Virus record (IMG/VR): IMGVR_UViG_3300033997_000092
Location: 1 to 64,000 of that record
Direction: 5' to 3' (one strand)
DNA: 64,000 nt
Shown here: positions 1 through 7,700 of the stretch, piece after piece
How the letters are laid out: every line of letters begins with the position of its first letter
Position numbering within the stretch: position 1 is the stretch's first letter
Position numbers and translations under genes: made by a program
The notes under the pieces: generated by a model
Database searches by the model: none
What the model was told of the DNA's origin: nothing
The model's input: only the letters and a program-made list of their open reading frames with translations

Positions 1-2
1 TT

Positions 3-311
3 GCTACTCCTACAAGCCACTGGTATCCAAAGTATGACAGAAAAGACGAAGTTACTTCGTTGGAAGAAGCATGGCTTTACTGCCTGCATACAAACACAGT
101 CCAAAAAGAACTGATTGATTTGTTACGCAAATATCTGGTACTGGACGCATCGTATTTCAAAGGTACAGTGTTCTACATTATATTCTGTTGGCCTGTTGTG
201 CTGGTGCGTTTCATTTTAGGTGATTTCATATTGCGCCTGAAAGATTACTTCTTCCGTGTATCTGCCCGTTTGATGAATGCAGTATCACAAGCATTTACCT
301 CACGTATGTAA
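3..311 (+). CDS. hypothetical protein, 5'-truncated by the window edge
   Basis: Frame is open from position 3 to the TAA at 311; no start is visible. Confidence 0.6.
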   Translation, partial: ATPTSHWYPKYDRKDEVTSLEEAWLYCLHTNTVQKELIDLLRKYLVLDASYFKGTVFYIIFCWPVVLVRFILGDFILRLKDYFFRVSARLMNAVSQAFTSRM

Positions 312-321
312 GGAACACTGT

Positions 322-993
322 ATGTCAGACAATTCTAAATTTAAGGTCTTCGCTAATACAACTAACCCAGAAGGCTCTGAAAGTGTTGAGCAGTTTCTGG
401 GTTATGTCGATAGCATTAGCGTACCGACATCTGCCGATAAAACAGTAGTTATCGATAGTGTTCCTGATCACTTGTTTCCGCATCAACGCAAAGCTATGGA
501 GTTTTTGCAGAGCGGTAAACAAGTGTACGTGCAGCGTGTACTTCCTGGCGGGCACGCTGTTGTGGATTCAGACGCCGACAAAGAACGCGGTATCACTCTT
601 TGGGGCCCTAAAACACTAATGCTTGATGTGCCTCCCAACATGGGAAAAACACTTTCCCTGTTAGCAGCAAAGGCAATAACGACTCAGGTAATTCACTCGG
701 TAGATGAAGCTCCGTTTTGGCCAAAATCAGACGCAACAGGTGCGTGGCCTAATATAGAAGAATTCAGACTATCTGCTAAAGAAGTCGAAGAACTTCGTGG
801 CTTATCTATGACTGAAGATACATCGCCAAGTTTCCACGTCAAAGATCTTACTAAGCTTGGGTACGGCAAGTTCCCTAATGCTAGTATGCGTCCTGGTGAA
901 AACATTCCTGCAACAAAACCAGTCAGGCACGACAAAGTACGTGCCAGAGCTAAAGCAGCGAAGGTAGCACGTAAACGGAACAGGAGAAAGTAA
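322..993 (+). CDS. hypothetical protein with SF2 helicase-like Q-motif/Walker A fragment and a basic tail
   Basis: ATG at 322 follows AGGA. Contains LFPHQRKA and LDVPPNMGKT but no DExH motif. Confidence 0.7.
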   Translation: MSDNSKFKVFANTTNPEGSESVEQFLGYVDSISVPTSADKTVVIDSVPDHLFPHQRKAMEFLQSGKQVYVQRVLPGGHAVVDSDADKERGITLWGPKTLMLDVPPNMGKTLSLLAAKAITTQVIHSVDEAPFWPKSDATGAWPNIEEFRLSAKEVEELRGLSMTEDTSPSFHVKDLTKLGYGKFPNASMRPGENIPATKPVRHDKVRARAKAAKVARKRNRRK

Positions 994-1676
994 TGGACAT
1001 CAACAAAAAGAAAGCAGAGTTTATTCTACAAAACTACCCAGTGGATATGCTGAATATCAAAATCGGCTCCACTGTCTGGGTATGGACAATGAACAAACTG
1101 TTCCGTATCTATGTGTTAAGTATGGCTCGTCCTGAATACAAACGTGCAAAAATCGCTATCGACAAAGGCGAAGTTCCTACAGCGTTCAGTGTTAAAGGCG
1201 TGGTACTGGATAAGCAGACAGGATTTAAGCAGCCTGAATTGCAGCACACCAGCAGTGTATATGCTGCCCGTCAACTTTATTTCAAAGCTAATCATGTACT
1301 CAGCGCTGAAGGCTTGCGTGTGGTATGCCAGCAAGAAGACAAGCCTGATGAAATACTGACGGAGCTGTTTCCTGATATTGACACTAAGCCAAACCTTGCC
1401 TACCGTAAAGCTTGGTCTACTGTTAGGGAATATGTCAAGCTGCATCCACAGTTCAAGGTATGCGACAGCTATGACCGTCCAGCAATACAGGCACGATTGA
1501 ATCCAACACACACAATCGATGTCGTGTTTTCTTACACCGACAATCAGCACTCATATACAGCGGTACTGTACGAGGACAAGCAAGTCGTACTACAGTCAAA
1601 ACCGCTCCCGTCTATAGAAGCTGCGCTAGTTGAGCTATCGACTGGCTATAAGCAATCTCTGCTATCCGTTGCATAA
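993..1676 (+). CDS. hypothetical protein
   Basis: 227-aa ORF coupled to the upstream stop (TAATG). Confidence 0.75.
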   Translation: MDINKKKAEFILQNYPVDMLNIKIGSTVWVWTMNKLFRIYVLSMARPEYKRAKIAIDKGEVPTAFSVKGVVLDKQTGFKQPELQHTSSVYAARQLYFKANHVLSAEGLRVVCQQEDKPDEILTELFPDIDTKPNLAYRKAWSTVREYVKLHPQFKVCDSYDRPAIQARLNPTHTIDVVFSYTDNQHSYTAVLYEDKQVVLQSKPLPSIEAALVELSTGYKQSLLSVA

Positions 1677-1684
1677 ATAGGCTA

Positions 1685-1714
1685 TTGACAGCAGGCTCAG
1701 TCCTGCTGTATAAT
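1685..1714 (+). promoter_or_regulatory. consensus sigma70 promoter with a dyad across the spacer
   Basis: TTGACA at 1685-1690, 18-bp spacer, TATAAT at 1709-1714; GGAG RBS and ATG at 1743 follow. Confidence 0.85.
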
Positions 1715-1742
1715 ACGCATATCAACTAAACGGAGTAATATC

Positions 1743-2660
1743 ATGCCTAGACAAGAAACTGAATCAATGCGTTATGTACAACGAGTATTACAAGCCATAA
1801 CTGACTTAGAACTCGACTTACTTCCACACAACTTCGACAAGAAGCCAGATTTGGTAATAGACTTGGACATCGAATACGATTCTAAGTTTATAATACAGGC
1901 GCGCAAAAAGATTCACCAGAACTATGCAATGCTTGCCCGAGAATATATTTCTCTGGAAGAAAGCCGTACCGTAGACCTTGAGCTTAACCTGAAGAAAGGC
2001 CCATCCATGACACAAGGAGAGTACAATGTGTATTTGGTTATCTCCCGTGTAGAAAGGAGTTTCTCAGTTCCAACAAGCCAAGATTTAGCAAACTTGTTGA
2101 AGCAGGCGTTTAAAGAAAATAACGGTGAGTTGTTAGGTAATACCATTCTTGCGATGGGTACTTATTACGCGTGGCAACCTCACTTCCGTACAATGTGGGC
2201 GCACTTATCCACTTTACTTAAAGGTCGTGATACACAACAAGCAATCAACACGTTGTTGACTGCTCACGGTCTGACTTGGTCGCAATTCATTTTGTCTTTG
2301 AGCATAATCGACCAGCGTAAATTCATCGAGTATGAAAAGACGTTCGGTCTGGACTTCAATGTATTCGGCTCTAAGCAGATTTCTTACTTGGGTAATGGTG
2401 AAGAATTAGAATGCTGGACGCCGTTGGCTCTGTTGAGTCCTGGCGTGAAAGTGGAGTTTAATGTCAGATACAGCAACGACAAAAAGCCGTACGTCGGAAC
2501 CATTCAGTCCATTAAATCTGAAGGCAAGCGATCTGTTATCGTGTGTTATCCTGAAACACCGGATTCTTATGAACAGAGAATGTTTACTATCCCAATTCAC
2601 GCTGTTAGTGAGCATGAAGATGCCGATGACATCGATGGTGTTTTTGTTCGCGTAGTTTAA
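1743..2660 (+). CDS. hypothetical protein
   Basis: 305-aa ORF with an RBS and its own promoter. Confidence 0.8.
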   Translation: MPRQETESMRYVQRVLQAITDLELDLLPHNFDKKPDLVIDLDIEYDSKFIIQARKKIHQNYAMLAREYISLEESRTVDLELNLKKGPSMTQGEYNVYLVISRVERSFSVPTSQDLANLLKQAFKENNGELLGNTILAMGTYYAWQPHFRTMWAHLSTLLKGRDTQQAINTLLTAHGLTWSQFILSLSIIDQRKFIEYEKTFGLDFNVFGSKQISYLGNGEELECWTPLALLSPGVKVEFNVRYSNDKKPYVGTIQSIKSEGKRSVIVCYPETPDSYEQRMFTIPIHAVSEHEDADDIDGVFVRVV

Positions 2661-2734
2661 GCAGTTTGATAGTGTAGGTACAGTGTTGCCTACACACTTG
2701 AAACTGTTTTGTCTGGCTCTGCAGGCTCAGACGC

Positions 2735-2796
2735 AGGAGCAGTGCTCCTCATTTGTTTTGGAATCACTGATGTTTTGCACTGCTCCTTATTTTATT
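2735..2796 (+). terminator. terminator-like stem within a structured intergenic region
   Basis: AGGAGCAGTGC (2735-2745) pairs perfectly with GCACTGCTCCT (2777-2787), followed by TATTTTATT. Confidence 0.55.
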
Positions 2797-2812
2797 AACC
2801 GAGGGTAACAAT

Positions 2813-3202
2813 ATGACTTACTTAAATGATGTGATTGGTTTGTTCTTGCTGTACCAGTTTTACGTGTATGCAATTGTTGCTGGATTCGTATCAGCATTCT
2901 TACGTGGCTTCCAGAACAAGAACGTGGCAGCCAACATGAAAACACTGTCGTTCGGCACAGGCTGGTTGATGGGTGTTAGCGATGTTGCTATCATGGCACT
3001 TGTTGGGCATGCTGGTGTTGTTATTGGACTGTTCTCTGGCTTTGGTCTTGGTGTAGGTTACGTTGTGTCAATTATCGTACACAAACGCCTAACACGCCGT
3101 GCTGATAAAGCACGTAAACAGAAAAAGCGTTCGCGTCTTGATGCAAAAATCGAAGACATGGTCCACAGAATCTTAGATGAACGGGAGACACCAAATGGCT
3201 GA
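2813..3202 (+). CDS. small multi-TM membrane protein, paralog of 16819..17079
   Basis: Three to four hydrophobic segments, FLRGFQNKNV motif and a basic C-terminus. Confidence 0.75.
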   Translation: MTYLNDVIGLFLLYQFYVYAIVAGFVSAFLRGFQNKNVAANMKTLSFGTGWLMGVSDVAIMALVGHAGVVIGLFSGFGLGVGYVVSIIVHKRLTRRADKARKQKKRSRLDAKIEDMVHRILDERETPNG

Positions 3203-3419
3203 GTTAAAACTGACTGAACTGCAACAGCAGGTAGTTGCTCGGATCCAGCAAGCATCGGTAAGCAGTAAATCTGGATGTGTTAAATTTAAAACGCGCGGTC
3301 TGGATGTAGTGGTGCCTGATGTATTCGCTGCCTTAGAAGCGGCATTTGCAAATTTATCAACTTTCCGGATTGTGTTGACACGCAAGTCAAATATCCGTAT
3401 CCAATACTCAATCGTTTAG
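3195..3419 (+). CDS. hypothetical protein
   Basis: ATG at 3195 after GGAG; fills the gap between neighbours. Confidence 0.65.
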   Translation: MAELKLTELQQQVVARIQQASVSSKSGCVKFKTRGLDVVVPDVFAALEAAFANLSTFRIVLTRKSNIRIQYSIV

Positions 3420-3429
3420 GAGAATCAAC

Positions 3430-4752
3430 ATGGGTAAAATAGCAGCAACAGAGCCAAACAAATCATTTACTGCCGCGCAGTGTCAGACGTTACTCAAGAA
3501 TCGAGTATACGGTTCTAACGGTACAAACTCGTGGGCACTGAGTTTCAATCACCGCGATACTTTAATCGACGAATGTTTGGTGCCTGTACTGAAACTTATC
3601 TGTCCTCCTACAGCAGATATAGAACGAGCGCTACATAGCTTAACTAATACCGATCTAGTCTTGCTTGGAGCGCACTTGGCTCCCAGTAAAGGTCTGGAGC
3701 ATATTATCCGTTTAGGTATTGTATGCCGGACGACCAAGCACCGTATAGCACTATCTATCGAGCAGTTGGTCGAAATACTGACAATGACACCGACGGCTTC
3801 GCATATCTATGTATCGAACTTAGATGATACTTTCCGCGACAAGCTTCCTGATCTGATTGAACATATCAAGAAAATTGATAATGACTACCAGGAAGAAGGC
3901 AAGTCAGTTTATATGTTTGGTAATATCACAGACAAAACTCCCGTCGAACTGGAAACAGTATGCAAAGACATTTATATTCCAGTTGACCAGCGTGTCACTG
4001 TCTCACGCCACACAGAAGGATACGGTGTAGAGATTCTAAGTTTACAGGAAAAGGTACAGTACCTTATAGACAACACTGTTCTGAACTTTTTCCGCAGAAC
4101 AAGTGAGCAGCGCACACCTAAGTTTCTGGAATGGTTTGACCGTGAGACGTACTTGGGCAAATCAAACGCTATGGTATTCTCAATACCTCAGATGTTTGCC
4201 CATATCAAACTGGACAAAAACAAGGTAAATGGTGAAGGCCCTGATTTATCTAAAATAGCCGAGGAAAAAGTTGTGGAAAAAACAATAAATGTGGAAGTTA
4301 ATGCTTCTGAAAGTCAGGATGAATTGTTCCTGAATTTACGTTTAGCTCTGATGGCGACAAACACTTTACCACGCGAACTCCTTGTAAAGGCAGATAATAC
4401 AGCACTGTTACGTCTGGCGGCAGAATCAATAGATCCTTCATCAGCCGACATCACAGGCTTTATGCCGTTTTATACCTATGATAACGTAGGTTACTCGCGC
4501 AGTGCCTGTATTGAAATAGTGCAAACTGAGTTTGGCCTTAGCTTTAAACAGCTTGCTTGTTTGTCGGACTCCGAAATTACCGATTACATGAATCGGCATT
4601 TTGCTGAAGACGATGACGACGACTTCGACCGTGATGAAGCCATCGAAATGTTAGTTGAGTACGGCCATAAAAAAGCCCAACTGAAAAAGATGGACGATGC
4701 GGAGCTGAACGCTTTGCTTGACCGAGAATTATCAGAAGACGATGACGAATAA
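3430..4752 (+). CDS. hypothetical protein with C-terminal helical repeats
   Basis: 440-aa ORF with an AGGAG RBS; its C-terminal domain is shared with the next gene. Confidence 0.8.
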   Translation: MGKIAATEPNKSFTAAQCQTLLKNRVYGSNGTNSWALSFNHRDTLIDECLVPVLKLICPPTADIERALHSLTNTDLVLLGAHLAPSKGLEHIIRLGIVCRTTKHRIALSIEQLVEILTMTPTASHIYVSNLDDTFRDKLPDLIEHIKKIDNDYQEEGKSVYMFGNITDKTPVELETVCKDIYIPVDQRVTVSRHTEGYGVEILSLQEKVQYLIDNTVLNFFRRTSEQRTPKFLEWFDRETYLGKSNAMVFSIPQMFAHIKLDKNKVNGEGPDLSKIAEEKVVEKTINVEVNASESQDELFLNLRLALMATNTLPRELLVKADNTALLRLAAESIDPSSADITGFMPFYTYDNVGYSRSACIEIVQTEFGLSFKQLACLSDSEITDYMNRHFAEDDDDDFDRDEAIEMLVEYGHKKAQLKKMDDAELNALLDRELSEDDDE

Positions 4753-4786
4753 TGTAAGTAGTAATAACCAACAAAAGGAGCCAGTC

Positions 4787-5602
4787 ATGGCAGAGAAAGA
4801 AAGTCAAACACAATTGTCCAAACTGATGTTAAACATTCGTCTGGCACTGATGTCAACTAACAAACACCAGCGCTCTGTTTTGGCAGATGCCTCGGATGAA
4901 CAGTTGCTGGTTATGGCGGCGAACTCTATCGACGGCACTAAGCAGACCTCTGACGTTTACTTCAAATGCGGCTCGATGCAGTATACGCGCGCCGAATGTG
5001 AGAAACTTATTCTGGACACATTCGATATTATGCCTGAAGACGTGGCAGCCTTCGACGAAGGCGAGTTTATGGAATGGGCAATCCATGCTGTCTTTATGGA
5101 TAGTGTGGAAGACACTGAAGTTAGTGAAGCAGACCCAGATCCGTTAGAAGGTAAATCTTCACTTTCTATATCCATTCTACTGGAGAAGTCTTGGACACGC
5201 AAACAAATGGAAGACCACCTGCGTGTATATGCAGCGCTTGACAGTGATGACTGGAAAGAGGTAGATGAACTTGATGATCATGAACTCGCACACTACATAG
5301 CCGATATGTATGATACAGGTGACGAAGACAAAAAAGACGAAGTAGAATCGGTGTCTTACGGTGGTCTGGAAGAAACAAGAGCACGTATGGCAAATATTGA
5401 AAAGTTGAATCGCTACGGCTTCCGTATTTCTTTTGTAGAGTTTACAAACGATCAAATTCGAGACATGGCAACAAACGCTAGACCTCGTGCTGAAATGATG
5501 GAAGCGATTAAAGCAGCGTATCCTGGAAAATCGTTCCGTTCTTTATCGACGCTACGGGTATATAACAAGTACATGGGCATTCTTAAGGCATCTACAGTCT
5601 AA
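4787..5602 (+). CDS. acidic hypothetical protein with helical repeats
   Basis: ATG at 4787 after AAGGAG; the N-terminus is homologous to the C-terminus of the upstream gene. Confidence 0.8.
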   Translation: MAEKESQTQLSKLMLNIRLALMSTNKHQRSVLADASDEQLLVMAANSIDGTKQTSDVYFKCGSMQYTRAECEKLILDTFDIMPEDVAAFDEGEFMEWAIHAVFMDSVEDTEVSEADPDPLEGKSSLSISILLEKSWTRKQMEDHLRVYAALDSDDWKEVDELDDHELAHYIADMYDTGDEDKKDEVESVSYGGLEETRARMANIEKLNRYGFRISFVEFTNDQIRDMATNARPRAEMMEAIKAAYPGKSFRSLSTLRVYNKYMGILKASTV

Positions 5603-5604
5603 TC

Positions 5605-5624
5605 TTGGAGGGTTCGCCCTCCAA
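5605..5624 (+). other. 8-bp UUCG-tetraloop hairpin without a U-tract
   Basis: TTGGAGGG-TTCG-CCCTCCAA directly upstream of an AAGGAG RBS. Confidence 0.65.
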
Positions 5625-5638
5625 CTAAAGGAGTTTGT

Positions 5639-6076
5639 ATGATTGATATGTTTTTAGCAGTTGTCGAAGCTGTGTGGCATTTCACGTTTTATCTTGGAGA
5701 GTACGTTAACCATACACTGGGTAAAGTGCTTGTTGGTATAGGCATTCTGGCGTTTGTCAGTGTGCTACTGTTTATAGCATTGTACCCGTTCGTGTTCTTG
5801 TCTGGTTACATGCTGTGGGTAAAACTACAGTTAGATAAACGGTATCAACAAGCAGGCTATGCTAAGTGGCATGTAATCTCCACTAAGTACAAAGAAATGT
5901 ATCCACGCACTTACCCGTTTATGTACTGCCTGCGTCACTTCACGCATTGGGCAGGCAAAGACTTGCTGTGGGATAAGTTAGTTATGGGTGACGGTACTGT
6001 TATTCGTAACACTGGCTTGATTCCAAAAGTTACGTTTCCTATCATTCAGCCTATTAAGAAGGATGAAAGCAAATGA
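5639..6076 (+). CDS. membrane protein
   Basis: N-terminal hydrophobic segments; RBS present. Confidence 0.7.
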   Translation: MIDMFLAVVEAVWHFTFYLGEYVNHTLGKVLVGIGILAFVSVLLFIALYPFVFLSGYMLWVKLQLDKRYQQAGYAKWHVISTKYKEMYPRTYPFMYCLRHFTHWAGKDLLWDKLVMGDGTVIRNTGLIPKVTFPIIQPIKKDESK

Positions 6077-6828
6077 TGTTATCTTCAGGTTCACCTACAG
6101 ATAGGTCAGAAGAAATTCCTGCACTCTTTTTGCGCTTCTCAAAAGACAACTGGCTCCGTATCACTGACCCTGTTGAGCGGGCTAAGGCATTTATCCGAAG
6201 CAAAAGCTTTGTGTTCGATGCTTCTAATGAAGATGCTATTGTGGCCAAGTTAGTGGCTATTGAAATTGCTTTCAGGACTTTGGTATTAGCTAAACAGGAT
6301 TTGACTAACAGCAAGCTGCTGTCTGTTGCATCTCCTGAGCCTGAACTTCGACAAGATGCAGATAAAGCCATTCGTTATTTCATGGGCATGTCGTCTACCG
6401 ATTTATCTCTGGAAATAGAACACCTGATTCGTGCGATGGCAGCAACTGTAACAGACCCAAGGACATTGCTTAACATAGTCACAGCGTTTGGTATTTTGAA
6501 ATCTGCGTCGTGGTTCGATTTAGATGAAACCCACTACAAAGGTAATATCACGGCGTTACGCCAGTCGATGTCTTCACAGAGTCAGGAGTTGTCACCTGAT
6601 TCGATTTTCGTTGATTTGAACCTGTTGCAGTTGATGCTACATACGTCACCCATAGGCAACGACTTTATCAGTATTGTAGGACGCAGCCGCTGCAAGGATC
6701 ACGATTTTAAAATCATCGTGTTTCCAAGTTCGTTTGACCTTTATGTGCGGCATAAAGCACTGCACACTGTTGAATTCCAAAGCAGTGACAGGATAACTCT
6801 ATACCATCTGAAAAATAAAACAGACTAA
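6073..6828 (+). CDS. hypothetical protein
   Basis: 251-aa ORF with an ATGA overlap to the upstream gene. Confidence 0.75.
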   Translation: MMLSSGSPTDRSEEIPALFLRFSKDNWLRITDPVERAKAFIRSKSFVFDASNEDAIVAKLVAIEIAFRTLVLAKQDLTNSKLLSVASPEPELRQDADKAIRYFMGMSSTDLSLEIEHLIRAMAATVTDPRTLLNIVTAFGILKSASWFDLDETHYKGNITALRQSMSSQSQELSPDSIFVDLNLLQLMLHTSPIGNDFISIVGRSRCKDHDFKIIVFPSSFDLYVRHKALHTVEFQSSDRITLYHLKNKTD

Positions 6829-6854
6829 CTCTGTAAACTAAATAAGGAGAGTGT

Positions 6855-7208
6855 ATGCTTCGGTTACAACAGCAACTAGATATGGACTACAGGAAATGTT
6901 CATGTGGTGCCAAACTGGAACGTGTTGTTATTAGCCAACAACACACGAACGGTCTGTGGAACGAAAAGCAGGAATTCAAATGCGGACGCATTGATGTGTT
7001 TGTTCCCAACTTCCAGGATTTGGTTCCGTGCAAACCTGACTCGACACCGTGCCCGAAAAGCCCAGAAGAAGCAGAGCGTTTAGCTGTTGAACAAAGGCAA
7101 TTGGAAGATGCTCAGACTCAGCTTGAGCGCGATTATCCTCACTTAGGTCCTGTACTTGCAGCAAGTATAGCCAAAACGATTTTAAAAGCAAAGAAGGAAA
7201 AGCAATGA
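6855..7208 (+). CDS. hypothetical Cys-containing protein
   Basis: AAGGAG RBS; CSC...C...C...C pattern. Confidence 0.7.
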   Translation: MLRLQQQLDMDYRKCSCGAKLERVVISQQHTNGLWNEKQEFKCGRIDVFVPNFQDLVPCKPDSTPCPKSPEEAERLAVEQRQLEDAQTQLERDYPHLGPVLAASIAKTILKAKKEKQ

Positions 7209-7690
7209 ACTCTTTTGATTCATCCAAAGCAGCGCGTATTAACCAAATCCGTGATAGCCAGAACAAACTCAAGCGGAGACTGTTTGTAGAACTGGCAGTG
7301 TTCGTTCTAATGGCCGAAGATGAAAACGCTACTAATAGTACAGTAGTGCGGTTACCTCAAATTGAAATGGCTCCACAACTGGAACACGATGTTGCTGGTG
7401 GTAAACTTGTGTTGAGCATAGGAAGTAATGCCTGTCCTGTATTGCGTTTCACCGAAAGCAACGGCCAAGTGTTTATCGAAGGCGGCATCACTAAAGGCGG
7501 TGTACCCTGTTCGTTTAGATTTCCACTGGATTACGTTATTTGTGTGCGCGATCCAGACTCTGGTGAAATTGCTGCGTTTGAGCATTTGATGAATGTTCGT
7601 TTTTCTCAGGACTATCAAGAAGCACAAGCGAACTTCGAGCAGTCCACAGCAAACACCAAAAAGAAACCTCACCTGACAGTAGTAAAATAA
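7205..7690 (+). CDS. sspB: SspB-like ClpXP protease specificity-enhancing factor
   Basis: Core LVLSIG...GGVPCSFRFPLDYVICVRDPDSG resembles SspB IVLNI...GGIPRQVSVPLAAVLAIYARENG. The C-terminus KPHLTVVK matches the ClpX-binding tail RPALRVVK. Confidence 0.8.
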   Translation: MNSFDSSKAARINQIRDSQNKLKRRLFVELAVFVLMAEDENATNSTVVRLPQIEMAPQLEHDVAGGKLVLSIGSNACPVLRFTESNGQVFIEGGITKGGVPCSFRFPLDYVICVRDPDSGEIAAFEHLMNVRFSQDYQEAQANFEQSTANTKKKPHLTVVK

Positions 7691-7700
7691 GGAAGTAATT

